From positions 2,592,001-2,656,000 of the forward strand of contig OY761159.2 in assembly GCA_963664395.2 (NCBI GenBank): DNA of 64,000 nt, written 5' to 3'. Position 1 is the stretch's first letter. Each line of letters begins with the position of its first letter. This DNA is from Candidatus Binatia bacterium. GTDB taxonomy: Bacteria > Desulfobacterota > Binatia > Bin18. The translations under genes were made by a program, and so were the position numbers. Below the pieces are notes generated by a model. That model ran no database searches and had not been told where the DNA came from. It saw nothing but the letters and a program-made list of their open reading frames with translations. Of this stretch, positions 9,648 through 18,270 are shown one piece after another.

Positions 9648-10493
9648 CTACTGCGGCAAACGGCCGGTCTCGGCAAGCACGCGCCGAATGACCGCTTCGT
9701 CATACTGAAAAGGAAGGGCCGGTGGGTCCGGCATCGTCACGGGCGCGACCGGAAACGGCATATCTCGAGCCGTAGTATTATATACCTCAGCCAATAAAGC
9801 GGGGAGATGAATGACGTCTTCAAGGTTGTAGTGGAGGAGGGTTTCCAGCGCCCCGCTCTCGCCGCGCTCGTGGTAGCGCCATAGCACAACCGCGCACCAG
9901 CCATCCAAATGGGAAACCAATCCCTGACGCTCAAGACCCAGGCGCTTTTCGATTTTTTTCAGACCGCCCTTATACCCCAGCGCAGCGAGTGGATAACGCA
10001 GGTCAATATGAGCCTGCTTGAGGGGAATGCCGAGTTTGGTGCGAAGAAACGGCAGGTCAAATTGCTTGCCGTTATACGTGACCAGGAGGGTGAAGGCTTC
10101 AATGTCCCTCACAAACTGTTCCAGGTTCTGGCCGTGCACATAGACCCGCGGCCGCTCGCCATCGTATATGCCGATAACGGTAATCATGGATTCCTCAGCG
10201 CCGAGGCCGGTCGTTTCAATATCAAGATACGCAACCCGCTCGGAAAACTCCGCATACAGCCGCCAATGGAGCTGGTGTGGGAGGCGCGTGATGAAGTACT
10301 GGGCGTCCCGTTTTTCGAGCGCAATCAATGAGCGTTCAAGTTCAAAACGCGCTTCGTCTTGTCGCCATTGAGGCAGCCGGCCAAGTGTCGGGTTGTCCAG
10401 AAATTGTTCCCAACTGGTGACGCCGGCTTTCCACAACCGCTTCTCAGTTCTCTCGCCAATCCCCTGGATGTGGCGGAAGGTGTGTTTCAGCAT
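9648..10493 (-). CDS. YprB/RNase_H_2-like DEDD exonuclease with N-terminal helix-hairpin-helix
   Basis: IQGIGERTEKRL (HhH); AYLDIETTG, TYNGKQFD, HIDL, YNLEDV. Confidence 0.85.
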   Translation of the reverse strand: MLKHTFRHIQGIGERTEKRLWKAGVTSWEQFLDNPTLGRLPQWRQDEARFELERSLIALEKRDAQYFITRLPHQLHWRLYAEFSERVAYLDIETTGLGAEESMITVIGIYDGERPRVYVHGQNLEQFVRDIEAFTLLVTYNGKQFDLPFLRTKLGIPLKQAHIDLRYPLAALGYKGGLKKIEKRLGLERQGLVSHLDGWCAVVLWRYHERGESGALETLLHYNLEDVIHLPALLAEVYNTTARDMPFPVAPVTMPDPPALPFQYDEAVIRRVLAETGRLPQ

Positions 10494-10496
10494 GGA

Positions 10497-12182
10497 TTAC
10501 TGTTCATAGCTCCGCAGCACGCGGCCGGGTCGGGCGCCAGTCGGTTCGCCATCGCGCAACAGGACCTGTCCGTTGACGACGGTATACCGATAGCCCTCAG
10601 AGCGCGCGACCAGGCGCGAGGCACCGCCGGGAAAGTCCTGAACGAATTCCTTGGGCTTGGCCCGGACAGTATCGGGATCAAAAATCGTCAGGTCTGCGGC
10701 CATGCCCTGTCTGAGCAGACCCCGCTTGGGGATGCCGAGCAGTTGGGCGGGCGTAAAAGTCAGCCGACTGACCGCGTGTTCCAGACTGAGCGCCTTTTTC
10801 TCCCTGACCCAGTGACTCAACAGAAAGCTGGGGTAGGTCACCTGGCACAAAAACGAAATATGGGCGCCGCCATCCGAGCCACCCGTCAACACATAAGGGT
10901 TGGTGGCCAGGGCGCGCACGGCTTCTTCGTCGCCATTCTGAAAGCCGGTGATCAGAAACTGGGTGTCCAGGTTTTCGGCAACCGACAGGTCGAGCATGGC
11001 TTCAAGCGGCGTTTTGCCCTGTTCTCGGCCAATGGTCACCAAGTCTTTGCCAACCAGGTGCTGGTGTTCGTCTTGGCGGACGCTATCGACACAGATGTCC
11101 TGCATACGCTTTGAGAAAACCTTCGGGGATGGATCGTCCAGGTCACGCTGCATGGCGGCCCGATGGGCAGGGTCCGAGAGATTGGCGATCTTCTCGGGAC
11201 GACGGCCCTGAATGGCGGCTTTCCACGCCGGCAGGTCCTCAAACACGGCACCCCGCAGTGAGAAAGTAAGATCGAAACGTTCACACAAAGACAACGGATG
11301 GACCCGAGCGCCTTCCCGAAAGGCGTCTTCGGTCCAATCCAGCACTTGTTTCCAATGGTCGGGGGCCGCCCACGTCTGAGACAACAGATTCCACAGCACC
11401 GGGCGTCCGCTTTCTCTTGATAAGCGGGCCAGATAGTCCATATCTTTGGGACCCACGGTTGGAATACCCGGCGGAATGACACATATCGTCCCACGATGGA
11501 AATCTTTTAGTGTACTGGCTAACGCAACGGTTTCGTCTTCTTCGGCAAAGCGGCTGGGCACGGGGATGCCATCCCCGTCAAAATGGACTGGTCCATATGA
11601 CGAAGAGAAGCCGAACGCGCCCACTTCGACACACTCTTTCACAACCGCCTGCATGGCCAGCACTTCGTCTTGGGTGGCCGGTCGTCTGCGGGCGTCATCG
11701 CCCATCACGTTGTAGCGGATGGTTGAATGCGGGGCTAAGGACATGACGTTCACCCCGAGTTGGTGGTCGAGGGCGTCGAGATATTCGCCGTACGATTCCC
11801 ACGTCCAGGGCACCCCAGCCTTGAGGCTGCCCAGCGGTATGCCTTCGACCTTGCCCAGCATGCGGGTGATATAGTCGCGGTCTGCCGGTTTGCACGGCGC
11901 CAGGCCAAAGCCACAGTTGGTCATGAAGACGCTGGTGAAGCCATGCCAGGAGCTGGGCGTTGCCAGCGGGTCCCAAAAAAGCTGGGCATCATAGTGGGTA
12001 TGAACGTCGATGAATCCAGGGGAGACGACCAGCCCTTTGGCGTCAATGACCTCTGTCGCCGGGCCGTCGACTTTGCCCATCGCGGCAATGCTGCCCTCTG
12101 CAACCGCCACATCTCCATAATAGCCGGGCTGGCCTGAGCCATCGACCAGAAATCCATTTTTAATCAGCAGGTCATAGTGCAT
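10497..12182 (-). CDS. N-acyl-D-amino-acid deacylase-like amidohydrolase (Amidohydro_3)
   Basis: PGFIDVHTHYDAQ, TNCGFGLAP, SDGGAH, RGLLRQGMAADL. Confidence 0.9.
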   Translation of the reverse strand: MHYDLLIKNGFLVDGSGQPGYYGDVAVAEGSIAAMGKVDGPATEVIDAKGLVVSPGFIDVHTHYDAQLFWDPLATPSSWHGFTSVFMTNCGFGLAPCKPADRDYITRMLGKVEGIPLGSLKAGVPWTWESYGEYLDALDHQLGVNVMSLAPHSTIRYNVMGDDARRRPATQDEVLAMQAVVKECVEVGAFGFSSSYGPVHFDGDGIPVPSRFAEEDETVALASTLKDFHRGTICVIPPGIPTVGPKDMDYLARLSRESGRPVLWNLLSQTWAAPDHWKQVLDWTEDAFREGARVHPLSLCERFDLTFSLRGAVFEDLPAWKAAIQGRRPEKIANLSDPAHRAAMQRDLDDPSPKVFSKRMQDICVDSVRQDEHQHLVGKDLVTIGREQGKTPLEAMLDLSVAENLDTQFLITGFQNGDEEAVRALATNPYVLTGGSDGGAHISFLCQVTYPSFLLSHWVREKKALSLEHAVSRLTFTPAQLLGIPKRGLLRQGMAADLTIFDPDTVRAKPKEFVQDFPGGASRLVARSEGYRYTVVNGQVLLRDGEPTGARPGRVLRSYEQ

Positions 12183-12246
12183 AACGCCTCCCTCTCTTAC
12201 CGGCCCGTATCGCCCGGACTGTAGCGGCTTTCCTGGGAATCGACAA

Positions 12247-12266
12247 GGATTCTCAGGGGATTCTCA
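12247..12266 (+). promoter_or_regulatory. 11-bp-period direct repeat, candidate OmpR/PhoB-family response-regulator site
   Basis: GGATTCTCA-gg-GGATTCTCA in the divergent intergenic region; the 11-bp period is typical of OmpR-family sites. Confidence 0.4.
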
Positions 12267-12394
12267 AGGATCGGCACGAGGCGTGGAACAGTTTGAGTTC
12301 AGGGCCATGTGTTTTTCCTTTGTCCGAAAACTTGCTATACCAGTCATGTCGGGAACGGGGTCTGGAGCCTACCCGACTGTGGAAGGAGACGCGG

Positions 12395-13144
12395 ATGTGG
12401 GGAGGGGCAGTCAGGATATGTGGGATGGCGCTGTGTCTCCTGTTGCCCGCCTGTTCGTCAAACAAGCCACCCACACCCACCCAAAACTTTGTGACCTGGA
12501 GTACCCAAGCCCCTCAACACAAAAAACAGCTGTGCGTCCTGCCCTTTGAAGACACGAGCCCTATTGATGGGCTGGCAGAAAAGGTGCGCCAAGGGGTCGC
12601 GGGTCATCTGAGCCTCAAACGTTTTACTGATACTGAGTTGTACGAAATAGACGCGGCGCTTGTGGGCGTAGACAATTGGCGCAGCCTGACGCCACAAGCA
12701 CTTGGCCGGAAACTCAATTGTGACGCTTTAGTGTATGGCCGGGTCTCGAAGCTGGATCGGATCTACGTAGGATTCTATTCCCAACTGGCCCTTGAAGGTA
12801 CGCTCCAAATTGTAGAATCGGCCACCGGTCGCACGCTTATTCACGAGACCTATACAACGCGTTTGCATGACGCGGGGCTGCCGCTCTCCCCGGTGAGTCT
12901 GCTAACCAGTGCCGTCCGTAATTTATGGACCTTCACCGACGCTCAGGTTGTTCGTGCCATCGACGACTTGAGTCGCAATCTTGCCGCTCTTGTGCCCGAT
13001 CTACCCGAAACAGACGCGGGAACGAGTCCGGCTCCTGAAAAAGAACATCCCGATTTGACCCAGCCGGTTCGGCCGGCGGCAGAACCAGGCGCGGACTCAG
13101 AGCGAGAGCCGCCTCTGGCAACGCCGCCCTTTCCCCCTTCCTGA
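12395..13144 (+). CDS. Lipoprotein, DUF799/GNA1162 (CsgG/TolB-N-like fold) family
   Basis: AAGGAG RBS before ATG 12395; lipobox LLLPA-C; VLPFED, LGRKLNCDALVYGRV; Pro-rich tail. Confidence 0.7.
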   Translation: MWGGAVRICGMALCLLLPACSSNKPPTPTQNFVTWSTQAPQHKKQLCVLPFEDTSPIDGLAEKVRQGVAGHLSLKRFTDTELYEIDAALVGVDNWRSLTPQALGRKLNCDALVYGRVSKLDRIYVGFYSQLALEGTLQIVESATGRTLIHETYTTRLHDAGLPLSPVSLLTSAVRNLWTFTDAQVVRAIDDLSRNLAALVPDLPETDAGTSPAPEKEHPDLTQPVRPAAEPGADSEREPPLATPPFPPS

Positions 13145-13215
13145 CGCTGTAAGGACGAGGCTGTCTTGCCCCTCCACACTGTGCTATCCAAAGAAAAAAG
13201 CCAGGGGAGATATCT

Positions 13216-14013
13216 ATGGCCGGGAAACTCGACGGACAGGTGGCGGTTGTCACCGCTGGAGGCTCTGGGATCGGTGCTGCGTCAGCAGTCCGCTTTGCAC
13301 AGGAAGGTGCGGCGGTCATCGTAGCAGATTTGAGTGGGAAACGGGCGGAAGCGATCACTGTGCAGATCAATGACACGGGTGGGAGAGCGACCATGATCAA
13401 AATGGATGTCTCTGACCCGGAAGGCATCCAAGCCACGCTTCAGCTCGCGCTCGATACCTATGGCCGTCTCGATGTCATGTTTAACAATGCCGGCCTCGGG
13501 GAGCTGGCCCTGCTTGAGGACACGTCCCTCGAAAGCTGGAATCGGACGATTGCTGTCACGCTGACCGGAACATTTCTGGGCATGAAGTACTGCCTGCCAA
13601 TTATGCGTCAGCAGGCAAAAGGCTCTATCGTCAACACCGCGTCCGTGTCCGGCATAGGCGGCGACTACGGCATGTCGGCGTATAATGCGGCCAAGGCCGG
13701 TGTGATCAACCTCAGCCGCGCGGCAGCGATTGAGAACGCCAAATATAAGATCCGGGTGAACTGCGTCTGCCCCGGAGCGATTAACACTCGCGTGGCCCAA
13801 CTCTTAAGCGGCGATCGAGCCGACGAATTCCGCCGTCTCCAAGGCGCAGCTCATCCACTCGGCCGCATGGGGGAGCCGGAAGAAATTGCCAATACGGTGC
13901 TGTTCCTGGCGTCGGATGAAGCCTCGTTTATCACCGGTCAGGCGCTCGCTGTGGACGGTGGCGTGACCGCACATACCGGACTCCCGAATATGCTGAGTAT
14001 CCAAACAGGCTGA
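13216..14013 (+). CDS. Short-chain dehydrogenase/reductase
   Basis: TAGGSGIG, NNAG, YNAAK, VNCVCPG, VDGG. Confidence 0.93.
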   Translation: MAGKLDGQVAVVTAGGSGIGAASAVRFAQEGAAVIVADLSGKRAEAITVQINDTGGRATMIKMDVSDPEGIQATLQLALDTYGRLDVMFNNAGLGELALLEDTSLESWNRTIAVTLTGTFLGMKYCLPIMRQQAKGSIVNTASVSGIGGDYGMSAYNAAKAGVINLSRAAAIENAKYKIRVNCVCPGAINTRVAQLLSGDRADEFRRLQGAAHPLGRMGEPEEIANTVLFLASDEASFITGQALAVDGGVTAHTGLPNMLSIQTG

Positions 14014-14056
14014 GGCTCATCCAGAAAGCCAATCGGAAAGCCAACAAGGAGCGCGT

Positions 14057-14800
14057 GTGGACTGGGCAGCCCTGAGAGCGGCGAAAGAAGCGGACGGTCA
14101 GCAAGGTGCAGCCGCGCCGCTGAGCGAGGTCACCCCGAGCATTCGTGATTTTGCTCAGTTTGTGACCACGCAGAAACAGGAACTCGGCCTTATCCCCGCG
14201 CTCAAACGCATTGATCCGGATAGCGGCAAATCCTGGCCCGCTCTGGACGTGGTTGCGCTCGCCCAAGCCTGCGACGATACGGAAGTCGGGGCCATCGGCG
14301 TGTATACCGAACCGAGCATGTTCGGCACGTCGAATGAGGATATGCGCGCGATTTCGGATAGAGTCACCACCCCGCTGTTGGCCCTCGATCTCGTCCTGCA
14401 CGACAGCCAGATCCATCAGGCCCGGCTGTGTGGGGCGGATGCGATTTTGCTGTGGGCCGACGCGGTCGATGCGCCGACCTTAGCCCGTCTGATGACCACC
14501 GCCCATTCCATCCACGTGGTCCCCGTTGTCATGGCCCGGACAGCCGACGAACTCCGCCAGGCGCTGGCGGCTGAGAGTTTCATCATCGGTCTGGCCTCTC
14601 CACACGGAAAACTCGATACCGCCCACGTCTCGGCGCTTGCCGCTCAGATCCCGCGGCGGAAGACTATCATCTCGCTGGATGAGCTGAGCACGCCCGAGGA
14701 GGCCGCCGCACTGCTCGGCCAGGTCGATGCCGCGCTCGTGAGCCATTACGTGCTTGAGGCGACTGACGTGGAAGGAAGTTTGACCGAGTTGATGAAATAG
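14057..14800 (+). CDS. Indole-3-glycerol-phosphate synthase (TrpC)-like TIM barrel, apparently lacking catalytic residues
   Basis: IGVYTEPSMFG and QIHQARLCGADAILL match IGPS; the RKDF, LVEVH and INNR motifs are replaced. Confidence 0.7.
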   Translation: MDWAALRAAKEADGQQGAAAPLSEVTPSIRDFAQFVTTQKQELGLIPALKRIDPDSGKSWPALDVVALAQACDDTEVGAIGVYTEPSMFGTSNEDMRAISDRVTTPLLALDLVLHDSQIHQARLCGADAILLWADAVDAPTLARLMTTAHSIHVVPVVMARTADELRQALAAESFIIGLASPHGKLDTAHVSALAAQIPRRKTIISLDELSTPEEAAALLGQVDAALVSHYVLEATDVEGSLTELMK

Positions 14801-14844
14801 GGTTCGGACTGAACCTCGGCCCCCTCCGGGCGGACGAGCCCGGA

Positions 14845-15261
14845 CTACACCCCCGTTACGTCAAACCCTAATGCCCGGGCAGCCGTTGCCTGTTGTCGGT
14901 CGTGAGTCGCAAACGTCAACGACGGGACGTGACGCTCGTGCAACAGCAGCGCACTGGCAAGGTGAATGGCGTCCAGCGTTTTCACCGCGGTCGCCAGAGG
15001 GAGGGCGGCACGCCAGAGGACCGCCTGTGTCACTCGGAGGGTCCCCAGCCTCCGTTCCATAACTTTGAGTGCTTCGTGCGCCTGCACGACGCCGTCATCG
15101 TCCAGGACAGACTCAAGTCGAAGCCGGTCAATGGTGCGTCGTGCCTCAACACCCATCATAGCGCTGGAGTAGGCTCGCTCCCACGTTCCCCACATCTGCA
15201 ATGGCTTCGCTTGCCCGAAGAGAACCCGGAGCACCACGCTGGTATCCAGATAGACAATCAA
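14845..15261 (-). CDS. vapC: PIN-domain VapC toxin
   Basis: IVYLDTSV, VEARR, TLDAIHLASAL, FATHDRQQ; overlaps the antitoxin stop. Confidence 0.9.
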   Translation of the reverse strand: MIVYLDTSVVLRVLFGQAKPLQMWGTWERAYSSAMMGVEARRTIDRLRLESVLDDDGVVQAHEALKVMERRLGTLRVTQAVLWRAALPLATAVKTLDAIHLASALLLHERHVPSLTFATHDRQQATAARALGFDVTGV

Positions 15262-15515
15262 CGCTGGTCCCGGCCCTCCCTGAGCAGCTTCACCACATCG
15301 ACCTTTTTACGAAGTCGGACGGGTTTTGGCCAGGCGCGCTCGCGGTCCGTTATCACCGGCTCTTCAATCCCGAGTTCATCAGTATCCTGCGTGTAAGGAA
15401 TCAGTCGGGCAATGGGTGTTTTCCGATCACACACAACCACGGTCTCTCCCTTACGGACCTCTGACAGATAGGCGCTCAACTTCGCCTTCAGCTCCGATAC
15501 CATTGCCTGTTTCAT
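15258..15515 (-). CDS. Phd/YefM-family antitoxin
   Basis: VSELKAKLSAYLSEVRKGETVVVCDRKTPIARLIP; immediately upstream of the PIN gene. Confidence 0.88.
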   Translation of the reverse strand: MKQAMVSELKAKLSAYLSEVRKGETVVVCDRKTPIARLIPYTQDTDELGIEEPVITDRERAWPKPVRLRKKVDVVKLLREGRDQR

Positions 15516-15526
15516 GATCTTGTTAT

Positions 15527-15550
15527 GACTAGATATAGTCTCCTCGTCAA
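15527..15550 (-). promoter_or_regulatory. TA operon promoter with palindromic operator
   Basis: Minus strand TTGACG-17 nt-CATAAC with GACTA-N4-TAGTC in the spacer; the ATG follows 6 nt later, so the transcript may be leaderless. Confidence 0.5.
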
Positions 15551-15685
15551 GGGAAGAAAAATATAGAGGACAGCACGGTTACGTACCAGGTGCGAATTGT
15601 GCGCAAGGTTGCAGACCTTTCCACACTATGCCATTTTCCAAAGGCGCTAAGAGTCCTGATTTTACACAGAAAAGGGAGCTACCAG

Positions 15686-16765
15686 ATGAAGTTCGGCATG
15701 ATGTATGAGATCCAGATCCCTGAGCCTCACACCCCCAATATTGTGCAAGACACCTATAAACAGGTCATCGCCCAGGTCATGCTGGCCGAGGAGATGGGCT
15801 TTGAGTATTTCTGGACGGTCGAGCATCATTTTTTGACCGAGTTTTCCTACTGTCCCGCCCCGGAGGTCTTGTACGGTGCGATCTCGCAGCGGACCAAGAC
15901 CATCCGGATCGGTCATGCGGTTGCGCTGCTGCCGCCCCAGTATAATCATCCGATCCGGGTGGCGGAACGCGCTGCGGTCCTCGACCTGTTGAGTGACGGG
16001 CGGGTCGAACTCGGCACGGGACGCTCGACCACGCTGATTGAGATGGAAGGGTTCGGGATCGATCCGGAAGATACCAAGCCGATGTGGGAAGAAGCCATCT
16101 CGATCATCCCGCGGATGTGGCTCGAAGATCCCTTTTCGCACGAGGGGAAATATTTCAAGATTCCGCCCCGCTCGATCATTCCCAAACCAGTCCAGAAACC
16201 CCACCCGCCCTTGTGGGTGGCCTGTGCCCAGCCCGATAGTTTTACGGCCGCCGGTAAGAAAGGCATTGGCGCGTTGTGCTTTCATATCGGCCAACCGGAG
16301 GAACTCGCCCGCCGGGTGCAACTCTACCGGGAAGGCATAGCCCAGGCCGAGCCGGTTGGTGCCTTTGTGAATAACCAAGTTGCCGCCCTCGGTATCGTCC
16401 ACTGTGCGGAAAGCGACAAACAGGCCCGAGCAGTGGGCGGCCCGGCGGGCGAATGGTTTCTCAATAAAACCCTCCAACTCTACCGGCCCTGGCAAGAACA
16501 GGGGACGAAGATACCCGATTCCTACAAATTTGCAGTGGACTCAGTCCGTGGGGAACGATCGGGCAAGTCGTTGGACGAACTCATTGAAGGCGGTATGTTT
16601 TGCATGGGCGATCCGGATAGCTGTATTCGGACACTCAAGAAATATGAAGAAGCTGGTGTTGATCAAGTGCTGTGCTTTATGCAGTTCGGTGGTATTCCGC
16701 ACCAAAACATTATGGATTCAATCCGCCTGTTCGGGAAATATGTGGTCCCGTATTTTCGACCATAA
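15686..16765 (+). CDS. LLM-class flavin-dependent oxidoreductase
   Basis: MKFGMMY, WTVEHHF, HPIRVAERAAVLDLLSDGRVELGTGR, PKPVQKPHPPLW; start moved to ATG 15686. Confidence 0.92.
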   Translation: MKFGMMYEIQIPEPHTPNIVQDTYKQVIAQVMLAEEMGFEYFWTVEHHFLTEFSYCPAPEVLYGAISQRTKTIRIGHAVALLPPQYNHPIRVAERAAVLDLLSDGRVELGTGRSTTLIEMEGFGIDPEDTKPMWEEAISIIPRMWLEDPFSHEGKYFKIPPRSIIPKPVQKPHPPLWVACAQPDSFTAAGKKGIGALCFHIGQPEELARRVQLYREGIAQAEPVGAFVNNQVAALGIVHCAESDKQARAVGGPAGEWFLNKTLQLYRPWQEQGTKIPDSYKFAVDSVRGERSGKSLDELIEGGMFCMGDPDSCIRTLKKYEEAGVDQVLCFMQFGGIPHQNIMDSIRLFGKYVVPYFRP

Positions 16766-16784
16766 GCATGTAACGATAATCTTT

Positions 16785-17765
16785 TCACAGGACCTGCGGG
16801 TTCACCGGCGTGGGCGGACGCCGGCCACTGAGAAAGGCGGCGATGTTTTTTGCCGCCAGCGTGGCCATGCGCGTCCGGGTGGCAATACTGGCGCTGCCAA
16901 CGTGGGGGACAACCAGGCAGTTGTCGAGCGTCAGCAAGGGGTCGTCCGCGGGCAGCGGCTCCGGGTCAGTCACGTCAAGCGCAGCCCCGGCGATGACGTT
17001 GTCCCGCAAGGCCTCATACAGGGCGGGCGCATCAACAATCGGCCCGCGTGCGGCGTTCACCAGAAAGGCTGTGGGCTTCATCTTTTTGAGCTGCGGTGCC
17101 GAGATGAGCCGGTGCGTTTGCGGACCGAGCGGAACCAGCACAACCACAAAGTCCGACTCGCTCAGGAGGGTATCCATATCGACCCGCGTACACCCGAGCT
17201 GCTCCTCAGCGTCTTTGTTCTGACTGCGATTATGGTACAGCACACGCATATCAAAGCCCCGCGCCCGCTTGGCGACTTCGATTCCAATGCGCCCAAGGCC
17301 AATAATGCCCAGCGTGGCATGATGCACGTCCGTCCCAAGAAAGACGAACGGGCTCCACACCGGCCACTGACCGGCGCGTACGCGGCGTTCGCCTTCGCCG
17401 ATTCGGCGGGCGATGCCCAGCATGAGAGCGAAGGTGAGGTCGGCGGTGGTTTCGGTTAAAACGCCCGGCGTGTTGGTCAGTACGACGCCACGACGGGTCA
17501 GCGCCGGGACATCCACATTGTCATACCCGACGGCCATATTGGCGACGATCTTGAGCTGGGGCGCATGGTCGAGCAGGTCGTCATCGATGCGTTCCGTGAC
17601 CATTCCCAGCAGGGCAACGGTATCGATAATTTCTTGCAGCAAGGTCTCACGCGGAATGGCGTGGTCTGACTCCCAGACCTGCACCTCGCCGCAGGTCCGT
17701 AAGGGTGCCAGCGCTTCTTCAGGAAGCCTGCGGGTGACATAAATGTTTGGTTGTTGCTGAGACAT
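16785..17765 (-). CDS. D-2-hydroxyacid dehydrogenase (glyoxylate/hydroxypyruvate reductase-like)
   Basis: AVGYDNVD, NTPGVLTETTAD, GLGRIG, NAARG, LDVTDPEP, PHVGS. Confidence 0.92.
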   Translation of the reverse strand: MSQQQPNIYVTRRLPEEALAPLRTCGEVQVWESDHAIPRETLLQEIIDTVALLGMVTERIDDDLLDHAPQLKIVANMAVGYDNVDVPALTRRGVVLTNTPGVLTETTADLTFALMLGIARRIGEGERRVRAGQWPVWSPFVFLGTDVHHATLGIIGLGRIGIEVAKRARGFDMRVLYHNRSQNKDAEEQLGCTRVDMDTLLSESDFVVVLVPLGPQTHRLISAPQLKKMKPTAFLVNAARGPIVDAPALYEALRDNVIAGAALDVTDPEPLPADDPLLTLDNCLVVPHVGSASIATRTRMATLAAKNIAAFLSGRRPPTPVNPQVL

Positions 17766-17874
17766 GGACGTTCCCTCACATATCGGAAGCACGGAGAGGG
17801 TGGCATAATCGCGCTTGAAATACTAGATTGGAAACGTAACGCGGCCACGAATAGAAGAGTTGAGGAGTCAAGCA

Positions 17875-18264
17875 ATGGACCAGCCCTCCGAGAAAAGTAT
17901 TAAACGCATGCGGATCTACGTTGAAAAATATATGCAGAAAACCGGCACCTCGGGCCATCCGGAGGCTGAGGTGACCGAATCGGTGATTCTGGGTCTGGCC
18001 AATAATATCGACGCGGTCGGCCGCCCGCTCTGTCCGTGTAATTTTTATCCCGACAAAAAAGCCGAAGTCGAGCGCAGCCGCGAGTGGGTCTGCGCCTGTG
18101 ACGAAATGAAGAAGTGGAAATACTGCCACTGCCTGCTGTTCGTGACACCCGAGGGTCTGCCGATTACCGAGCATCTGCCCGAAGACCACGAGGGCCGTCA
18201 AATCTACGGCCTCGTCAAAGACCCGACGCCGGGCAAGGGCCGGGAACTGGCAGACAAAGACTAG
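17875..18264 (+). CDS. Ferredoxin:thioredoxin reductase catalytic (beta) chain
   Basis: GRPLCPC...WVCACDEM...YCHCLLF, the CPC/CxC/CHC triad. Confidence 0.85.
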   Translation: MDQPSEKSIKRMRIYVEKYMQKTGTSGHPEAEVTESVILGLANNIDAVGRPLCPCNFYPDKKAEVERSREWVCACDEMKKWKYCHCLLFVTPEGLPITEHLPEDHEGRQIYGLVKDPTPGKGRELADKD

Positions 18265-18270
18265 CCGCAA

